Positions 27,892 through 41,225 of a DNA stretch of 64,000 bases are shown here, piece after piece; position 1 is the stretch's first letter, and each line of letters opens with the position of its first letter. Origin of the DNA: Octopus vulgaris (lineage: Eukaryota); the NCBI GenBank assembly GCA_951406725.2, contig OX597832.1, positions 48,794,001 to 48,858,000 on the forward strand. The letters run 5' to 3'. The translations under genes and the position numbers were made by a program. The notes below the pieces were generated by a model. The model made no database searches. It saw only the letters and a program-made list of their open reading frames with translations, and was not told the DNA's origin.

Positions 27892-28119
27892 AATAATAAT
27901 AATAATAATAATGATAATAAATGCCCTGATGCAGTGCCAGGCAGTGGCTCTCGTGGCTTCTCATCTTAACTGATTGTACATTGTTTTGTCTTGGTATAAA
28001 TGATAGGCAACAGCAAATATTCTGCTCAATACCACAGATCTACTTGTCAGTTGTTTGACCATAACCAGTTGAGCATGTCCCTTAGTGGCTGACGATATGT
28101 GCATCTCTGATCATGAGCC

Positions 28120-28166
<47 letters not shown>

Positions 28167-28992
28167 GCATACATACATACATGCATACATACATACATAC
28201 ATACATACATACATACATACACAAATACATGCATACGTACATAGTATATGCACTTGAAATATTGTGGCAATTTATTAAGCGTGCCTTACTCGGAATACTG
28301 AGTACCTTATGGAGTACCTAAGTACTTCTACAAATAACTTAGGCTCAAGTAGACTTCTGTTTGTAGTAGGTGTAAAAAACCAGCAACACAATCACCAGCA
28401 GCAGTAGCAGCAGCAGCAGCACCAACAACAACAACAGCAACACCACTACCACTACTACTGTCTTTGCTGCTGTCGCTACTTTCGCTTTTGCTTCTCCAGC
28501 TGTTTTTGTTTTCGGTGTTACATATTCCTAATTATTCATGTATGTATATATGTCCGTGTGAGAATATTTGTTATTTATAATAATGAAGTTCTCGTTAATA
28601 GATTAAGAGGAATAAACGTTAATTCAAATTTACATTCTTATACAAATAAATTCCAATGATAAATCCACCTTATTATGTTCACAAAATTGAATGCTAATCT
28701 GATTTAATGCAAAGATTGTATTCCTACATGCAACGCTATTAACGATGCATGCGTGAGAAGCAATACCAATGTTTGCAGTTCTTAATAGGAAAGGAATTAT
28801 GTCTTTATATTTTCAATTAATTTTCTGGTGACTGACTTCTTCTTGTGATTATGTTTTTACTTTAATGCTAATAATTATACATCGATGATTTTGCGGCGAC
28901 TTCATCGTTGTTTAACACCAGTCAGCTCAACACAAGCAGATCCAAGTAAACGATGTTATAATGTTATCTTTTTATTCCTATTGTTAAGGCCT

Positions 28993-29860
28993 AAGGCGGC
29001 GAGCTGGCAGAATCTTTTGCGCGCCGGGCGAAATCTTTAACGGTCGCTACGTTCTGAGTTCAAATTTCGCAGGGATCGACTTTGCCTTTTATCCTTTCAG
29101 GGTCAATAAATTAAGTACCAGTTATGCAATGGTGTCGATGTAATCGACTTAATCTCTTTGTCTGTCCTTGTTTGTCCCCTCTATGTTTAGCCTCTTGTGG
29201 GCAATAAAGAAATAAGAATCGTTAAGGCGGCGAGCTGGTAGAAACGTTAGCACACCGGACGAAATGCTTAGCGGTATTTCGTCTGCCGTTACGTTCTGAG
29301 TTCAAATTCCGCAGAGGTCGACTTTGCCTTTCATCCTTTCGGGGTCTATAAATTAAGTACCAGTTACTCACTGGGGTCGATGTAATCGAATTAATCCGTT
29401 TGTCTGTCCTTGTTTGTCCTCTCTGTGTTTAGCCCCTTGTGGGTAGTAAAGAAATAGGTATTTCGCCTGTCGCTAGGTTCTGAGTTCAAATTCCGCAGAG
29501 GTCGACTTTGCCTTTCTTCATTTCGGAGACGATAAATTAAGTACCAGTGAAACACTGGGATCGATGTAATTGACTAGACCCCTTCCAGCAAATTTCAGGT
29601 CTTGTGCCTATATTAGAAAACATTATTATTATTAAGGCAGCGAGCTGGAAGAATCGTTAGCGCGTCGGACGAAATGCTTATCTGTATTTCGTCTGCCGCT
29701 ACGTTTTGAGTTCAAATTCCACCGAAGTCGACTTTGTCATTCATCTTTTCGTGATCGATGAAATAAGTACCAGTTACGCACTGGGCTCGATGTAATCGAT
29801 TACCCCCCCCCCCCCTTCCCACCAACATTTTCAAGGCTTTGTGCCAAGATTAGAAATAAT
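28993..29860 (+). mobile_element. Cluster of SINE family A copies (three heads, four bodies)
   Basis: Heads at ~28993, ~29224 and ~29634, all on the plus strand. Confidence 0.88.
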
Positions 29861-30271
29861 CTAGGCACGATGTATTTAGGACTACGTCTAGCCTACCAAA
29901 GAGTCATTCCCTTTTCTTTTCGACACGAACATGTGATTTGAGAATGATTCAGGAGCTAATTTTAGCCGGTCAATAGATCGTGCAGACGCTTCCTCGTTGA
30001 CTGGTAAAACTGTGTTGCGGCAGAAAGCAAGTTTTATCAAATTGTATGTTGAGATGCTCAAAGTCTCACCTATTACTAAGGCACTTAGATTACAGCAATA
30101 TCACACGTGAAGATTTTGAATCAAACTTTAGGAAAGACTACAAATGAATGGAGGAGCCATTTCTCCGTCGTAGCATCCATTTCATACGATTCTCATTGCA
30201 CAGAAAATTTAGCTGAATCAGTACAGGTTCGTTGTATTTGAGGTACAAATTCATCTTGTTCATGATTTCTT

Positions 30272-30305
<34 letters not shown>

Positions 30306-30330
30306 GTCATCATCATCATCGTCATCGTCA

Positions 30331-30362
<32 letters not shown>

Positions 30363-30454
30363 ATCATCATCATCATCATCATCATCATGGTCATCATCGT
30401 CATCATCGTCGTCGTCGTCATCGTCGTCATCATCATCATCCTCTCCTTCTTCTG

Positions 30455-30485
<31 letters not shown>

Positions 30486-30539
30486 CTTCTTCTTCTTCTT
30501 CTTCTTCTTCTTCTTCTTCTTCTGCTTCTTCTTCTTCTT

Positions 30540-30646
<107 letters not shown>

Positions 30647-30714
30647 AAGGACATGATTTGATCGGGAATCAAATTTCGGTGCAAAGAATTGATGCATGTT
30701 AGATATAGGGTTAG

Positions 30715-31105
30715 ACAAGCGTAGTTGTGTAGTTAAGAAGCTCGCCTTGCAATCACGTGGTCTTGGGATCAATTCAACCGCACGGCACCATGCGCATGTT
30801 TCTTCTACCGTAACACTGGGCCGACCAACGCCTTGTGAGTAAATGTGATAGATGGGAACTTTGTGGAAGATTACCGTAAATATCTGTGTGAGAGAAAGAG
30901 AATGTGTGTGTGTGTGTGTGTGTGTTTGTCCCCGTCACTGCTCCACGACCGGTGTTGGTTGCTTGCTTACGCCCTTGCCCCAAACTTAGCCATTTGTTCA
31001 AAGGTAGTCGATAGAATGAGTAGCAGATCTTAAAATGTAAGTACTGATGCGGTACCCCAGCTTGGCCGCAGTCCAGTGACTGAAACAAGTAAAAGGTAAA
31101 AGATG
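30715..31105 (+). mobile_element. Diverged SINE family B
   Basis: Recognisable 'gggccgaccaacgccttgtgagt' and tail 'ggccgcagtccagtgactgaaacaagtaaaag'. Confidence 0.7.
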
Positions 31106-31709
31106 CGGCTATAAAATGGCGATAGACATCATTACACGGTGAGAATCATCGAATACACTTTCGTTATAACCATCCGCTATTTTTATGGTTTCAAGGTTAA
31201 AGGTAATTCTGAATTAAACCAGGTAATTTGCGAGACAATTGATTTTAAATTCTTGAGATCGATTTTGATAAATAATCGTTTTATTTTGAAGCTTGATGCT
31301 AATTACAAGTTAAAGTAGATAATTTGCCAGACAATTGATTATTAGTTGTGCGGATCGAATTTAAATCCTGATTGTCGTCTCTTCAATAATTGAATTTGTA
31401 TGAACTGAATGCATAATTACAGACTGAATTTCGAATTGGATCGAACAGGAATTAGAGAAAAATATCTTCTTCCTTCTTACCCAATGGAGAGGAAGCTAGA
31501 CTATATCGAGGAATACAGCTGGAACAGAAAATCAATTATAGAAGTTTGGGTTACTTCCACTTATAATCAACGAGACGTAATTAGAGTTTAATTCCAGTGA
31601 TTTCAAAGGATTTACTTTTCCATTTAAATTTCAGTTTCATGTTCTTCAAAGATTTTATATTTTACTATAACAAAAATTTAACCATAAGACTTATTACATG
31701 CGCACTATT

Positions 31710-32092
31710 GGAAGCATTCCGTCGGTTACGATGATGAGGGTTCCGGTTGATCCGAATCAACGGAACAGCCTGCTCGTGAAATTAACGTGTAAGTGGCTGA
31801 GCACTCCACAGACACGTGTACCCTTAACGTAGTTCTCGGGGATATTCAGCGTGACACAGAGAGTGACATGGTCGGCTCCTTGAAATACAGGTACAACAGA
31901 AACAGGAAGTAAGAGTGAGAGAAAGTTGTGGTGAATGAGTACAGCAGGGATCACCACCATCCCCTGCCGGAGCCTCGTGGAACTTTTAGGTGTTTTCGCT
32001 CAATAAACACTCACAACGCCCGGTCTGGGAATCGAAACCGCGATCCTATAACCGCGAGTCCGCTGCCCTAACCACTGGGCCATTGCGCCTCC
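31710..32092 (-). mobile_element. SINE family C, tail type a, full length
   Basis: 14-bp TSD 'acatgcgcactatt' at 31696-31709 and 32093-32106. Confidence 0.93.
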
Positions 32093-32602
32093 ACATGCGC
32101 ACTATTACACACTCATTCAGTCATGCAGACACGCAACTTTACTTATATAGGTGAGATTATAAATAAGAGAAAGCGAATAAATACGAAGCGATATCTGAAT
32201 TTTTCATACACAGACACACACACACACATATATTACTTTGCTTTTAGTTATTTAAAATCTTTGAGGAAGGAGCTGGTATCTAATATAGATACAAAACTTG
32301 TCGTTGGAATGTAGATTGCAAGAACAAATTCAGATTTTAAATTTGGGAAAAGTTTTGCATAGTTTTACAGTTCCACTTATTGTCTGTATTCTTAGATTAC
32401 AAATGCACAGCCTTCGATGTGTGATGCAGCGATCACGAATCCAAGAGAAGCTGCACGCCATGTCGATATTACCATCTACTTCCATGCTTCAGGAAGCATA
32501 CCCTTTGCCATTGTCTCTTTTTGATATGCTGAGCGTTTCACATCTAGGTCTTCATTGAAATTTGTTAGTCCAGCCGACACGAAGGATTTTGTTCTCTCCA
32601 CT

Positions 32603-32785
32603 TTTCTTCTTCTTCTTCTTCTTCTTCTTCTTCTTCTTCTTCTTCTTCTTCTTCTTCTTCTTCTTCTTCTTCTTCTTCTTCTTCTTCTTCTTCTTCTTTC
32701 TTCTTCTTCTTCTTCTTCTTCTTCTTCTTCTTCTTCTTCTTCTTCTTCTTCTTCTTCTTCTTCTTCTTCTTCTTCTTCTTCTTCC
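32603..32785. repeat. (TTC)n tract of ~180 bp
   Basis: Direct inspection. Confidence 0.95.
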
Positions 32786-32829
32786 AATGAAGACTCACGC
32801 CATTAGCCACAAAGAATAATCTCAAATTC

Positions 32830-33212
32830 GAGCCTACTCTAAGCTACTAAGAATGCGTGTGTAGCAACTTGAAGATCCACTCACTACATGCGATAGACTG
32901 GCTGTTGCACGGGCGCGAAAGCTACGTTCTTATCCTCATTCCGTAAACGGTGGAGAGCTGAACCATCCTGGGGTACAGAGGATTCGCAATCTATAGTAGA
33001 GTCTGAAAGATTATCACACCATAGTGGGTTACACCATGGTTCCTCTGCTTTGTGGCAAACGTAGGAAGACAGAGTGAGAGAAAGTTGTTGTGAAAGGGTA
33101 CAGCGGAATAAAAGAAAGAATATCTGTCTGGTTTAGCATCTGCAACTCCCGCCGGAGCTTCGTGGAGCTTAGGTGTTTTACTTAATAAACACACACAATG
33201 CCCGGTCTGGGC
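32830..33212 (-). mobile_element. SINE family C, tail type c, 5'-truncated with internal deletion
   Basis: Reverse complement of 18590-19014, lacking roughly 70 bp of the tail. Confidence 0.8.
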
Positions 33213-33927
33213 ATAATATTCTCGTGTCACTGTCTTTATCCACAGCATCTTGGTATAAGTTTTCTACAATGCATTAGTATTCGTATCATTCTTTGTGTGG
33301 AGTTGGAGGTATTGTTAGATCGTTAATGTTCAGGTTTTGTGTGCAGGTGACTGATTTCCCACATTCAGCAATCAAATACGAAAATTTGACTAAATTCTAT
33401 TTGCTATGTCAGCTGAAAATGTTGTAATTAACATCAGCTTTTTCTTTTCTCTTCAGGTCACCTTCCGAAAAATTAATATCTCAAGCTATTGCAGACCCTA
33501 GAATATAGCCATGGGATTTTTGTCGCAAGAATGATAATGAAATTTATGCCGAAATGAACAGAATTACAGAACAACTATATTCTTTGGAATATCACCTTTG
33601 GGGGAAGGGTAAGTCGATTACCTCGACGCCCAGTGTTCAATTGGTACTTACTTTATTGACACCGAAATGATGAAATGATAAAAAGCAATGTCGACCACGA
33701 TGGAATTTGAAATCAGAACGTGAAGACAAGCTAACGATTCTGCCAGCTCACAAAGATTACCTTTGAAATATCAGTAACATTGGGATCAATTATTCTGCTC
33801 TCAGTTCTAAGTGTGAGAATTGTTGTCTAGATATTTGTACGCATAAAAGTATGTATGTGTACATGTGTATATGTGAGTGTATATGTATAACGTGTCTATA
33901 TATAAATCTCTCTCTCACACACTTCCT

Positions 33928-33978
<51 letters not shown>

Positions 33979-33984
33979 ATATAT

Positions 33985-34017
<33 letters not shown>

Positions 34018-34054
34018 CTGTAAATGTAATATGTGACAATTATTCGGTAGCTAT

Positions 34055-34115
34055 GATAAAACTCCGAGTTTCGGATGTCGTGGCGGAAACCCACGCCGCC
34101 ATCTCTTCAGTTATC
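34055..34115 (-). ncRNA. Type I hammerhead ribozyme motif with extended helix II
   Basis: Minus strand: gataa-CTGAAGA-gatg-[gcgg cgtgg gtttccg ccacg a]-catc-c-GAAA-ctcggag-TT-ttatc; helix I GATAA/TTATC. Confidence 0.7.
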
Positions 34116-34286
34116 GGGCCATTGAAAAAAATGCTATGAAAATGACCGTTAAACAAAGGGAAATTACTGTGTGATTGACCGTTATTAAGACAAAAGAGCT
34201 ATTATAATGACCGCTAAGTGAGGGGCGGGAGTAAAGGTAAGGAGTAAAAATATTCAGAGTATTCGCGTATAGGGGAAATGGGATTA

Positions 34287-34336
<50 letters not shown>

Positions 34337-34357
34337 CAAACATATATATATATATAT

Positions 34358-34407
<50 letters not shown>

Positions 34408-34660
34408 AAATATTAGGGAATAAGTCCAAACTTACAGGGAAAAGTCAGATTTAGGATTAAATCCAATTTTATAGTATAAATATATTATATTATATTTATC
34501 TCTAATTTATTGTGTTTTACTCTTTATCTTTTATTAAACTTTTAATACTTTTGATATATATTTAAAATAATATAGATTAAATTCATTTTATGTATTGGCT
34601 TATGTTTTTCATTGTTTGATTTGCCTAATAGTGGTTTTATCTCTAATTTATTATAATATA

Positions 34661-34734
<74 letters not shown>

Positions 34735-35399
34735 AACATAGTCCTAGTTCCCCTATTTTTTATGTAAAATGAATTTACAAAAATGCTTTGCTTTACATAT
34801 TTACAATTTGAAAGCAATACAATCAAATTTAAATAATCAAAATGGTTTCAATCTTTGCTGGTGTTTCGAATACCTTTCAGCGTGATAATCGAAGCTGGGA
34901 TGATGGAAATCGTGTGGGGAACACTGTTGGACAAATAATCGTACTTGTAATTCGTGTTACTCATGAACAACGGTACTACACTGTATATACTCCGTATATC
35001 TAACAACAGAAATATTGAATCAATTGAGGCAACGTCTATCGTCATCATGTGATCATGTGATTTTACTGAAGTGAGTAGGACTTCTTTCGTAAAAAAAGCT
35101 CTTTATGAAATTATGCAACGTGAAAATTTTAATTCCTTTCACAAGAAATGGTTTTGGAATATTATTGATTTAAATTTGGTTAATCTTGAGTAAATATGAA
35201 GAATATGGCATCAACGCTGTTTCAAAATTTATATGTAAGCATATAATTTGCTTAGACTCGTACATACATGTGTGAGTGTGCGTGTGTGTGTATGTATTTG
35301 TGCGTGTGTGTGTGTTTGTAAGTATATATACATATATATAATACATACACATAAATATATACAAACCTACATATATATACATACAAACATATACATACA

Positions 35400-35815
<416 letters not shown>

Positions 35816-35833
35816 ATGAATACAGACGTATGT

Positions 35834-36353
35834 ACATAATAGATAATAGATAACAGATAAATGTATTTAGTCATTGTACCCATTTGTTTCCAAAAACAAC
35901 AAAGAAAGAAAATGCTTTCAATAGCAGAAAACGAGACAGTGAAAAATCGAATAAAATTAACTTTTGAAAGTATTTGACACCAAAGATTATTATGACTAAT
36001 GTTAACAAAATGCTTCTGTTTACTTGTGTATAGAAATAGAAGAACGTATATAAATATACAAGGCGATTTCGTGAACACTTTCTAAGATATTCCTCGACAT
36101 AAACATTTAGTAACCACACGCTCACATATAATTATATGGGTGGGATATATGTTGTGTGCTAAGTGTTATGTTTCTTAAGTGACATTCTTGAAGACGCAAA
36201 ACGAAATTGTGCAGAAATATATTCGTTTTTTAAATATGATATATTTAGTGTAAACGAACTCCCAAGAAATCCTTCCAGAAGAACACAGTTTACGACAGTG
36301 ATAGACATGAGTCATATCAACAAACACCATTTGTGTGTGTATGTTTGTGTGTG

Positions 36354-36388
<35 letters not shown>

Positions 36389-36541
36389 GTGAGGCAACGT
36401 CCATCGTCATCATGTGATCATGTGATTATATTGAAAGGGATAGGACCTGTTTCATTAGAAAGCTCTTTATGAAATTTTGCAATGTGAAAATTCGAATAAT
36501 TTCACAAGAAATATAATTGGAATTACGGATATGTACTTGCA
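35834..36541. repeat. Left arm of ~710-bp inverted duplication (partner 41226-41989)
   Basis: Matching opposite-strand ORFs ([16 protein letters not shown]..., [11 protein letters not shown]...) and reverse-complement identity by eye. Confidence 0.92.
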
Positions 36542-36688
36542 TTGCAAGTAACTTGATCTGAGATCATGTGCTGAAGCAAAAACAAAAAGAAAGGAAAAGA
36601 AAAGAAAAGAAATTGCAGCCTGGAAGATGTTTGTAAGCCATTCAAGAACATACAAAAACCGTTAGTTTCACTTCAGCATTTAAAATTC

Positions 36689-36781
36689 GTGTCAAAATAT
36701 TTTCGTAGCTTTGCAACCGCGAACTGTTCACTGACTGTCAGTAAAGAGGTCGCGATTTCAAGCGCCAAAATATTTCGACAC
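36689..36781. repeat. Imperfect ~93-bp palindrome centred at 36736
   Basis: 'gtgtcaaaatatttt...cactgac' t 'gtcagta...aaaatatttcgacac'. Confidence 0.75.
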
Positions 36782-36942
36782 AAATGAAATTTAGGTATTT
36801 ATTATTCGAATATTATTTGCTTAATCTAGAGTATAATCGCTTAGACTCATACATGTGCGCGTATGCGTATGTATGTATTTATGTATGTATGTATGTATGT
36901 ATGTATGTATGTATGTATGTATGTATGTATGTGTGTGTGTGT

Positions 36943-37218
36943 GAAGGCGCAATGGTCCAGTGGTTAGGACAGTGGACTCGCGGTCGTAGGATCGCGGTTT
37001 CGATTCCCAGACCGGGCGTTGTGAGTGTATATTGAGCGAAAACACCTAAAGCTCCACGAGGCTCCGGCAGGGGATGGTGGCGATCCCCGCTGTACTCTTT
37101 CGCCACAACTTTCTCTCACTCTTTCTTCTGTTGGCCTGCTCGCTTAGCCAGCGAAGCGCATTGTGACCAGCGATGTGTAGCACCATCTGATAGCCTGGTC
37201 GGTCACGGTGATCACGGA
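36943..37218 (+). mobile_element. SINE family C, tail type b (RTE-like tail)
   Basis: tRNA-Arg-like head; tail 'cattgtgaccagcgatgtgtagc...ctggtcggtcacggtgatcac'. Confidence 0.88.
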
Positions 37219-37599
37219 GATTATTGGAATATTATTTACTTAATCTAGAGTAAATAATGACGAATATGGCCTCAATTCTCTCTAAAATTTACATGTAAGC
37301 ATATAATTCTCTTAGACACATACATGTGCGCGTATGTGTATATATATGTATGTATGCATGTGTGTTTGTGTGTGTGCGTGTGTGTGTGTAGATTTAAATA
37401 TATATAAACTATTAAGGTGGCTACTTGCAATTTACAACCGAAAGGTGGCAAGTATAGTCGTTACTAGCATTGCTAGAAATAAGAGTCAAAACAACTCTTA
37501 GCCATGTGAGAGAACTTTTAACGACTGACAAGGGAGACAAGCGAAATGGAGTCATATCAACGCTGATTTCAGCTTTCATTAATGATCATTACTGACCCA

Positions 37600-37705
37600 T
37601 TACCTCCTTTCTGTGGAAGAGCGTAGGCTCGAAACGTTAAAGACTTTTTCACTTCCCGAGGGTTATACTAATACATCTACTTGTTGTCTACACCATCTGT
37701 CTTCG
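37600..37705 (+). mobile_element. Penelope-like small repeat with variant hammerhead fold
   Basis: cttt-CTGTGGA-a-gagc-gtag-gctc-GAAA-cg-TT-aaag. Confidence 0.6.
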
Positions 37706-37732
37706 AATCCACTAAATATATATATATATATA

Positions 37733-37919
37733 TCACCTTGATCACCTTGACCGACCAGTCCGTCGGGCGTCCATTTGACACCGCTAGTTACAGTACGCTG
37801 TCCACTCCTCTCTGGATCGCGTCTTTCTCATCCGCGTGATCCCAATCGTCCTCCTAAAATCGTAACTCTACCGTCGTGGAGGCCTTCCTGGTGGTCCTCT
37901 CCGCTCGCGCGGGTTCAGT

Positions 37920-37922
<3 letters not shown>
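37733..37922 (-). mobile_element. 3' end of RTE-clade LINE within (TA)n
   Basis: Minus translation '[36 protein letters not shown]' fits the RTE C-terminal R..GRP..RW.D...W..A..R..W pattern; short tandem-repeat tail 'tcaaggtgatcaaggtga'. Confidence 0.75.
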
Positions 37923-37977
<55 letters not shown>

Positions 37978-38087
37978 TATATATATACATATATATACAC
38001 ACACACACACATATATATATATATGCATATACACACACATATATATATATATATATACATACATATATATATACATATACACACAGA

Positions 38088-38118
<31 letters not shown>

Positions 38119-38140
38119 ACATATCTATATATATTCATAT

Positions 38141-38215
<75 letters not shown>

Positions 38216-39011
38216 TATGTATACACACATATATATTATACATGTATATACATATATAACACACAGGTATTATTTTAATAGATATATACACAAATACACA
38301 AATGCACAATGCATGTATTATCTGGATATATTTGTTCGTGTATGTGCCCGTAATAATACGTACGCGTTCGTATGTGCATAATAAAAATTTCAAAATTAGA
38401 TATGAACGAATTATCTTCTAGAAAATTTTTACCTAATCTTAAAACAACGCACCTCATGCAACTGTATATACTCCACCAAAATAAACAACTCGTAGTAATA
38501 AAGTCGGTATCCAGCTATCTTTCTCTCGTTAGTCAATGTCGAATATACATAATGTAGAAAAATCATGTTTCGTATAACGTTTATAGATATGAAGGCTTGA
38601 TTTATGTTCGTGAGGTAGGCAGGCATATACGATTCGGTTCTGTTTAATTTATTGGTTAGTTTTGTTAGTTTTTATCGCCATCTTGTCTCTCCATTTCGTA
38701 ACTGTTGTTGTTATTCATACTGTTGTTGGTGTTGTTGGTATTGTTGTTGTTGTTCTTATTGCTTTTACTCGCTCTTGTTTAGATGTAGTAGATTTTCATA
38801 ATATAAATCATTTAACGTAAGATCAAAAAGATAGCCTCAACGTAAAAACACGAATACACCTACACATATAAATATACACATAAAATATGCAATTATATAT
38901 GTATATTGTGTGTGTATATATACATATATCTTAATGCTTGTGTGTATATGTATATATATATGTAATGTTTGTGTGTATATGTATATATATATATACATAT
39001 ATATATATACG

Positions 39012-39050
<39 letters not shown>

Positions 39051-39419
39051 GTATGTATATATACATATATATGTGTGTGTATTTATAATGCGTAGATACA
39101 AACATATGTATAGATATATGTATATATGTGGGGGTATTGATATATACTAACAATAATATTTATACACACACACACACCTTCAATATGGTGGCCGCTCCAT
39201 TTGTTGAACAATTACAATAGTCAATAAAAATCGTCGACACCGTCAGAGATAGCATCATTATGCCGTGTGAAAAAATTTCGTCATACTTCTGTGGCCTAAT
39301 TACAGAGGAATTATAGCTGCGAGTATATCTCTTACGTCTGATGATCTCATCTGTTGGTATTTCATAATAAGATTGAAGGGTAAGTTAACGCTAAGACGCA
39401 GACGTTGGTTCACGATCGG

Positions 39420-39975
39420 ACAAGAGCAGGAAAGCTATTGTGTGGCGGCACTAAACTGGCAGCCTGAGTGGAAAAGGACAGTAAGGGCGCCGCCCTAAAA
39501 CCACATGGCGAAGGACCATTGACAAGGAAAGGAAACGAAAAGGTTAGTGACTATGGAACGAAACCAGAACAGTGGAAGACAACAGAGCTGGTTGGAGACA
39601 TCATGTTGTTGTTTGTTCCTTCTCGAGCCATGTCTGGCTCATAAGGGCCGGTTTCCCGGTTTCTTGGCGTATAGGTTCCCCAACTAGACGGGACGCCAGT
39701 CCGTCGCAGGTGAGCTGCAAGATGCAGGAGGAAAGAATGAGAGAAATTCGTGGCGGAAGAGTCAGCAGAAGTTTCGCCATTACCTTCTGCCGGAGCCGCG
39801 TGGAGCTTAGGTGTTTTCGCTCATAAACACACACATCGCCCGGTCTGAGATTCGAACCCGCGATCCCTAGACCGCGAGTCCGCTGCTGTAACCAGTAGGC
39901 CACGTGCCTCCACAGGAGACATCGTGTTGCGGCCTTGTGTTCCTTATGTCTCGGAGAGAACTAACTGAACTAAGT
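39420..39975 (+). mobile_element. 3' end of a second RTE-type LINE, interrupted by a SINE
   Basis: 'ALNWQPEWKR..GRPKTTWRRTIDKERK..WNE...DNRAGWRH.VAALCS' with frameshifts; tail 'aactaactgaactaa'. Confidence 0.75.
39609..39914 (-). mobile_element. SINE family C head with V-domain-like body (tail type d)
   Basis: 15-bp TSD 'ggagacatc(a/g)tgttg' at 39594-39608 and 39915-39929; (ACA)n tail. Confidence 0.9.
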
Positions 39976-40019
39976 TAAATTTCATACGCGATCTTGTTTC
40001 TGTAATGTACTAAAAGCGA

Positions 40020-40685
40020 AGCAGGGGTTGAATAATTGCATCATTTTCCGACACATTGCTTTGCGATGCACTTCTTGCAGTGATCCATAAGATTTCTTAT
40101 TCCACCGGAGAAGATACTTTGATTGTTGTGCAGCCATTTATGCACCGTTTCCGGCACTTCTTCGTCCATAGCGGATCGACGACCACTTAAAGACTCTTTG
40201 AGCGGTCCAAAGACGTGATAGTCAGAAGGGGCGAGATCTGGGCTGTATGCAGGGTATTCTAGCAACAAGAAGCCCAAATTTTTTATAATGCTTTCAATAG
40301 TGTGGGCGGTCATATGTGGGCGTATATTGTGCAACAATAACACTTAATTAGACAATAGACCTCGACGTTAGATACAAATTACTGATCACAGGTTGCAGGC
40401 CAGCGTTTTGCTGCAGCCTACACTGGTGAATATAGAGCCCCTTTTCCAGGTATGTTCAGGTACGGGTGCCTTTACGTCCCAAGACAGCAGTTAGTATCAC
40501 TTATTCTACAGAAATTTCTTTTTCGTTGGCGATTCCGAGTGTTGCCACTCCATACTCTGCCGTTTGGATTCTGGCTAAAATTGAAGGATTCACGTCTCAT
40601 TTCCTTTGACTATTCTCTCTAAAAATGTTTCGCCATTATCGCTATTGAGGTCGCGTAGGCGTGGAAAGATCTCCTCACGAACGCA
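40020..40685 (-). pseudogene. Mariner transposase remnant
   Basis: 'LLLHNIRPH', 'YSPDLAPSDYHVFGPLKESLSGRR' catalytic C-terminal motifs; disrupted upstream. Confidence 0.85.
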
Positions 40686-41015
40686 CCTTGGGTAAGTGTC
40701 TTCTACTATAGACACGGGCCGACCAAAACCTTGTGAGTGGACTTAGTAGACGGAAACTGAAAGAAGCCCGCCGTATATATGTATGTGTGTGTATGTGTAT
40801 GTGTGTGTTTGTGTTTGTCCTCCACCAATCTCTTGACTACCGATGTTGATGTGTTTACGTCCCCTTAACTTAGCGTACGGGCAAAAGAGCACGATAGAAT
40901 AAATACTAGGCTTACAAAGAATAAGTCCTGGTGTCAATCTGTTCGACTTAAGGCGGTGCTCCAGCATGGCCGCAGTCAAATGACTGAAACCAGGGAAAAA
41001 GTAAAAGTATAAAAG
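40686..41015 (+). mobile_element. 5'-truncated SINE family B
   Basis: Begins at 'accttgggtaagtgtcttctactata'; intact tail. Confidence 0.85.
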
Positions 41016-41027
41016 AATATATATATA

Positions 41028-41063
<36 letters not shown>

Positions 41064-41111
41064 GAGAGTCAGTCAGACGGCGAAAGAAAGAGACATAGAT
41101 AGACAGAAGGA

Positions 41112-41155
<44 letters not shown>

Positions 41156-41225
41156 GAGTATGAAGGGAGAAAGAAGGGGACAGAGAAATTGGTAAGAATA
41201 AGTAAAAAATTTATAACGGAAAAAT

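Noticed and set aside
27921-28118. Sequence downstream of the Dong element as part of its 3' UTR
   Set aside because: It is separated by the (AAT)n tract. It looks like an independent repeat but is single-copy here, so it cannot be classified.
35871-36125. Duplicated [19 protein letters not shown] as a conserved small gene
   Set aside because: Its identity with 41698-41952 is explained by recent DNA duplication; it is AT-rich, starts at GTG and has no recognisable domain.
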